48,743 nt of DNA, taken from assembly GCA_017505015.1 (NCBI GenBank), contig JAFVQA010000068.1, positions 1-48,743 of the forward strand, written 5' to 3'. The notes below the pieces were generated by a model. The model did no database searches. It was given only the letters and a program-made list of their open reading frames with translations, and was not told the DNA's origin. Shown here piece by piece: positions 46,393 through 48,743 of the stretch. The first letter of the stretch is position 1, and every line of letters starts with the position of its first letter. A program made the position numbers and the translations under genes. Origin of the DNA: Clostridia bacterium (GTDB taxonomy: Bacteria > Bacillota > Clostridia > Christensenellales > CAG-314).

Positions 46393-47397
46393 ATGATTAA
46401 AAAACTTGTTAAAATTGCAATAAAAACCTTTGCAATAATAATTGTTGTGGCTATTGTTGCCGTGCTTGGCTTTATGCTTGCTGAACCACTTATTTACAAC
46501 GATTTTTACAGCCGTGACAGTCAAAAAGAATTTGCAACACCAGGTGCAGGCGACGATTTCATTCAGCAGGGCTTTTGCTATGCAGGCAACGACGTTATTC
46601 TTGCAAGTGGATATATGAAAGGCAAAAAACCAAGCAGAATATATATCGTTAAAGGCACGAATTATGACGACAGAACAACCACGTACGTTCAGCTTAAAGA
46701 CGAAAAGGGCAAATACACAACAAACCACGCAGGTGGCGTTTCTGTTTTTAAAGACAAGGTATACGTGTGCAACAGCGAAGGTGACCCGTCTTCTGTTTTG
46801 ATATATTCTCTCAGCGAAATTCTTTCTGCAAACGAAGGTGACGACGTTGAGGCAAAACAAAACGTGCCAGTGCACACAAACGCATCTTTTTGCCACGTAG
46901 AAAACGGTGTGCTTTACGTTGGCGAGTTTTATATGGAAAACAAATACAGCACAGACGACAGCCACAAAATAACAACTCCTGCAGGCGACAAAAACAATGC
47001 AATGGTATTTGGCTATCTTCTCGACGGTGATGGTGATATCTATGCCGATGCACCAATTGGCGCATTCAGCATAACAGACAAAATTCAGGGCATGACTTTT
47101 GCAAACGGCAAAATCGTGTTGTCAAGCAGTTATGGCCTTGCAACCTCAAAACTTTACGTATACGACGTGCAAACGGCAAAAAACCAACCACAAAGCACAA
47201 CAATGGTTGCAAACAAAAACGTTCCGCTCATTTGCCTTGACAGTGCAAGTCTGGTTGACACAATTTCTGCACCACCAATGGCAGAAGAAATGGTTTATCT
47301 CAACGGCAGACTGCTGGTAATTGGTGAGTCTGCAAGCAACAAATATATTTTTGGCAAACTTTTGCGTGCAAAACACGTTTGGAGCATTGAACTTTAA
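46393..47397 (+). CDS. hypothetical N-terminally anchored protein (334 aa)
   Basis: ORF track. SD AAAGGAAAAA. One N-terminal TM (FAIIIVVAIVAVLGFML) followed by a beta-rich soluble domain. No family recognised. Confidence 0.5.
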   Translation: MIKKLVKIAIKTFAIIIVVAIVAVLGFMLAEPLIYNDFYSRDSQKEFATPGAGDDFIQQGFCYAGNDVILASGYMKGKKPSRIYIVKGTNYDDRTTTYVQLKDEKGKYTTNHAGGVSVFKDKVYVCNSEGDPSSVLIYSLSEILSANEGDDVEAKQNVPVHTNASFCHVENGVLYVGEFYMENKYSTDDSHKITTPAGDKNNAMVFGYLLDGDGDIYADAPIGAFSITDKIQGMTFANGKIVLSSSYGLATSKLYVYDVQTAKNQPQSTTMVANKNVPLICLDSASLVDTISAPPMAEEMVYLNGRLLVIGESASNKYIFGKLLRAKHVWSIEL

Positions 47398-47412
47398 TAA
47401 AAAACCAAAATT

Positions 47413-47440
47413 AAAAGACGGCATTTGCCGTCTTTTTTTT
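47413..47440 (+). terminator. intrinsic terminator (GACGG family)
   Basis: AGACGGC-ATTT-GCCGTCT followed by T8. Confidence 0.8.
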
Positions 47441-47472
47441 GTTGTGAAAAAGATACAATAAAAAATATATTT

Positions 47473-47548
47473 CACTTTACTCGAACTGGTGTAGTGTTAC
47501 ACAGAAGCACTTTCTACATATTATTTACACACGCTCTACTCGTAGCGC
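47473..47548 (-). repeat. sub-element S, reverse orientation
   Basis: Reverse strand reads GCGCTACGAGTAGAGCGTGTGTAAA...59-nt spacing...GTTCGAGTAAAGTG. The internal CGTGTGTAAA is shared with the 30189 copy. Confidence 0.55.
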
Positions 47549-47662
47549 AAGACAAAAATGAAATTTTTTGTCTTGCTTTCACACTTTAATTCGTGAAAGC
47601 ACTTTACAAAACTAAAGTGAGGGTGTAAAATGGTTTCAATATCACAAATCGGTGGGTTTAAA

Positions 47663-47968
47663 ATGGAAAAATTTGACAAACAAAAAATCAATCGTGAATT
47701 GTATGAATGTCTTGCAAAAATAAGTGACGCAAACGACTTTGAATTGTTGTTGCAAGACCTTTGCACTCCAAGCGAAGTTGAGCAAATGGCACAACGACTT
47801 TTGTGTGCAAAATTGTTGTTGAAAGGATATACCTATTCGCAAATTATAGAAATAACAGACATTTCGTCTGCAACGCTCAGCAGGGTGTCACGTTGCATAA
47901 AATATGGCAGTGGTGGCTATGCAGAAATTGTTGGCAAAATGGTGGAGGACAACGATGAACAAAAGTGA
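47663..47968 (+). CDS. YerC/YecD-family TrpR-like DNA-binding protein
   Basis: ORF 47630..47968. The preferred start is MEKFDKQ (47663), by comparison with the roughly 100-aa family length. An alternative ATG at 47630 follows GAGGGTG. HTH Y.QI...T..S.ATLSRVSRC..YG. Confidence 0.7.
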   Translation: MEKFDKQKINRELYECLAKISDANDFELLLQDLCTPSEVEQMAQRLLCAKLLLKGYTYSQIIEITDISSATLSRVSRCIKYGSGGYAEIVGKMVEDNDEQK

Positions 47969-48743
47969 TTTTTTTCAAGAAGAAAAATTGTTTTTCGACC
48001 TTAAAAACATATACGAAAGTTTTGGTTACAAACAGTTTAAAATGAGCAAGTTTGAGGAATATGGCGTGTATCTCGAAAACAAAAAGTTTTTGCGCAGTCC
48101 ATACGTCATCACCTTTACCGACCTTAACGGCAAACTTATGGCGCTCAAGCCAGATGTAACTTTGTCTATCGTTAAAAACACAAAGGCAACAAAACAGGCA
48201 AACGAAAAGTTTTATTATAAAGAAAGTGTATATCGCCCACAGGGTGCAACCAAAGAGTTTAAAGAAATCAGTCAGGTTGGCCTTGAGTTTATTGGCGACG
48301 TAGACGGTTATGCCACTTTGGAGGTTTTGTCACTTGCAGGTCAAACACTTAATGCTATTGACAAAAACTTTGTGTTAGACGTTTCGCACCTTGGCCTTGT
48401 GCTTGGCTTGATGCAGGAATATGGCATTGAAAACAAAGACGAAGTTTTGGCATACGTGTCATCTAAAAACGTGCACGACCTTGTCAGCTATTGCGAACAA
48501 AAGGGCATAGACAGTGCTTTTGCACAAAAAATAAATTTGCTTGTCAATGCAAAAGGTTGTTTTTGCAAGGTTTTGGCAGTTGCAAAACAGGTTGCCACAA
48601 ACGACGTTTCAAAACAAGCCACAGACGAACTGCAAATTGTTTGCAACAGTTTTGAACAAATGGGTTTTGGCGACAAAGTGCGCCTTGACTTTTCTATAAT
48701 AAACGACACCGATTATTACAATGGCATTGTGTTTGTTGGTTAC
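47955..48743 (+). CDS. hisZ: ATP phosphoribosyltransferase regulatory subunit HisZ (HisRS-like), partial, runs off right edge
   Basis: Absent from the ORF track because it is open-ended. ATG 47955 follows SD GGTGGAGGA and overlaps the yerC-like stop by 14 nt. My translation is MNKSDFFQEEKLFFDLKNIYESFGYKQFKMSKFEEY...LKPDVTLSIVKN...RLDFSIINDTDYYNGIVFVGY. Confidence 0.75.
   Translation, partial: MNKSDFFQEEKLFFDLKNIYESFGYKQFKMSKFEEYGVYLENKKFLRSPYVITFTDLNGKLMALKPDVTLSIVKNTKATKQANEKFYYKESVYRPQGATKEFKEISQVGLEFIGDVDGYATLEVLSLAGQTLNAIDKNFVLDVSHLGLVLGLMQEYGIENKDEVLAYVSSKNVHDLVSYCEQKGIDSAFAQKINLLVNAKGCFCKVLAVAKQVATNDVSKQATDELQIVCNSFEQMGFGDKVRLDFSIINDTDYYNGIVFVGY

Overview
This window is the chromosomal replication-origin neighbourhood of a low-GC Firmicute. 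It is probably a spore-forming Clostridia-like organism, inferred from yyaC, strong Gram-positive-type SD sites and gene content.

Left arm, all on the - strand:
- an envelope-type module: K/A/E-rich protein, two paralogous small 2-TM proteins, a polytopic membrane protein, a HAMP histidine kinase and an OmpR-type regulator
- a MATE exporter
- gyrA-gyrB-recF-dnaN

Right arm, all on the + strand:
- dnaA, rpmH-rnpA-yidD-yidC-jag, mnmE, mnmG-rsmG, parA-parB, a CvpA-like protein
- four clustered parS sites, yyaC, ftsH
- a 1770-aa Pmp-repeat surface protein, xpt-pbuX, a small anchored protein, an MscS channel
- a thiamine operon (thiW-thiM-thiE::HAD-thiD-thiC) behind two canonical TPP riboswitches plus a third divergent TPP-like leader
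- tRNA-Arg(ACG), a class I DAHP synthase, a hypothetical anchored protein, a YerC/TrpR-like gene and the start of hisZ

I saw no transposase, integrase, CRISPR array, toxin-antitoxin or restriction genes. The unusual content is non-coding.
- dnaA is flipped relative to the canonical dnaA-dnaN unit. It is bracketed by two inward-facing copies of a 315-410 bp composite intergenic element, and a third copy precedes mnmG.
- That element is built around CACTT-N3-5-AAGTG palindromes. Several of these carry a 67-76 bp insert, and both filled and empty sites are visible in this window.
- Other items: a four-site parS array, a second palindrome-cluster repeat, and a GC-rich multi-hairpin insert between the response regulator and kinase genes.

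All alignments, identities and motif calls were made by eye. Coordinates of RNA elements and repeats are approximate.
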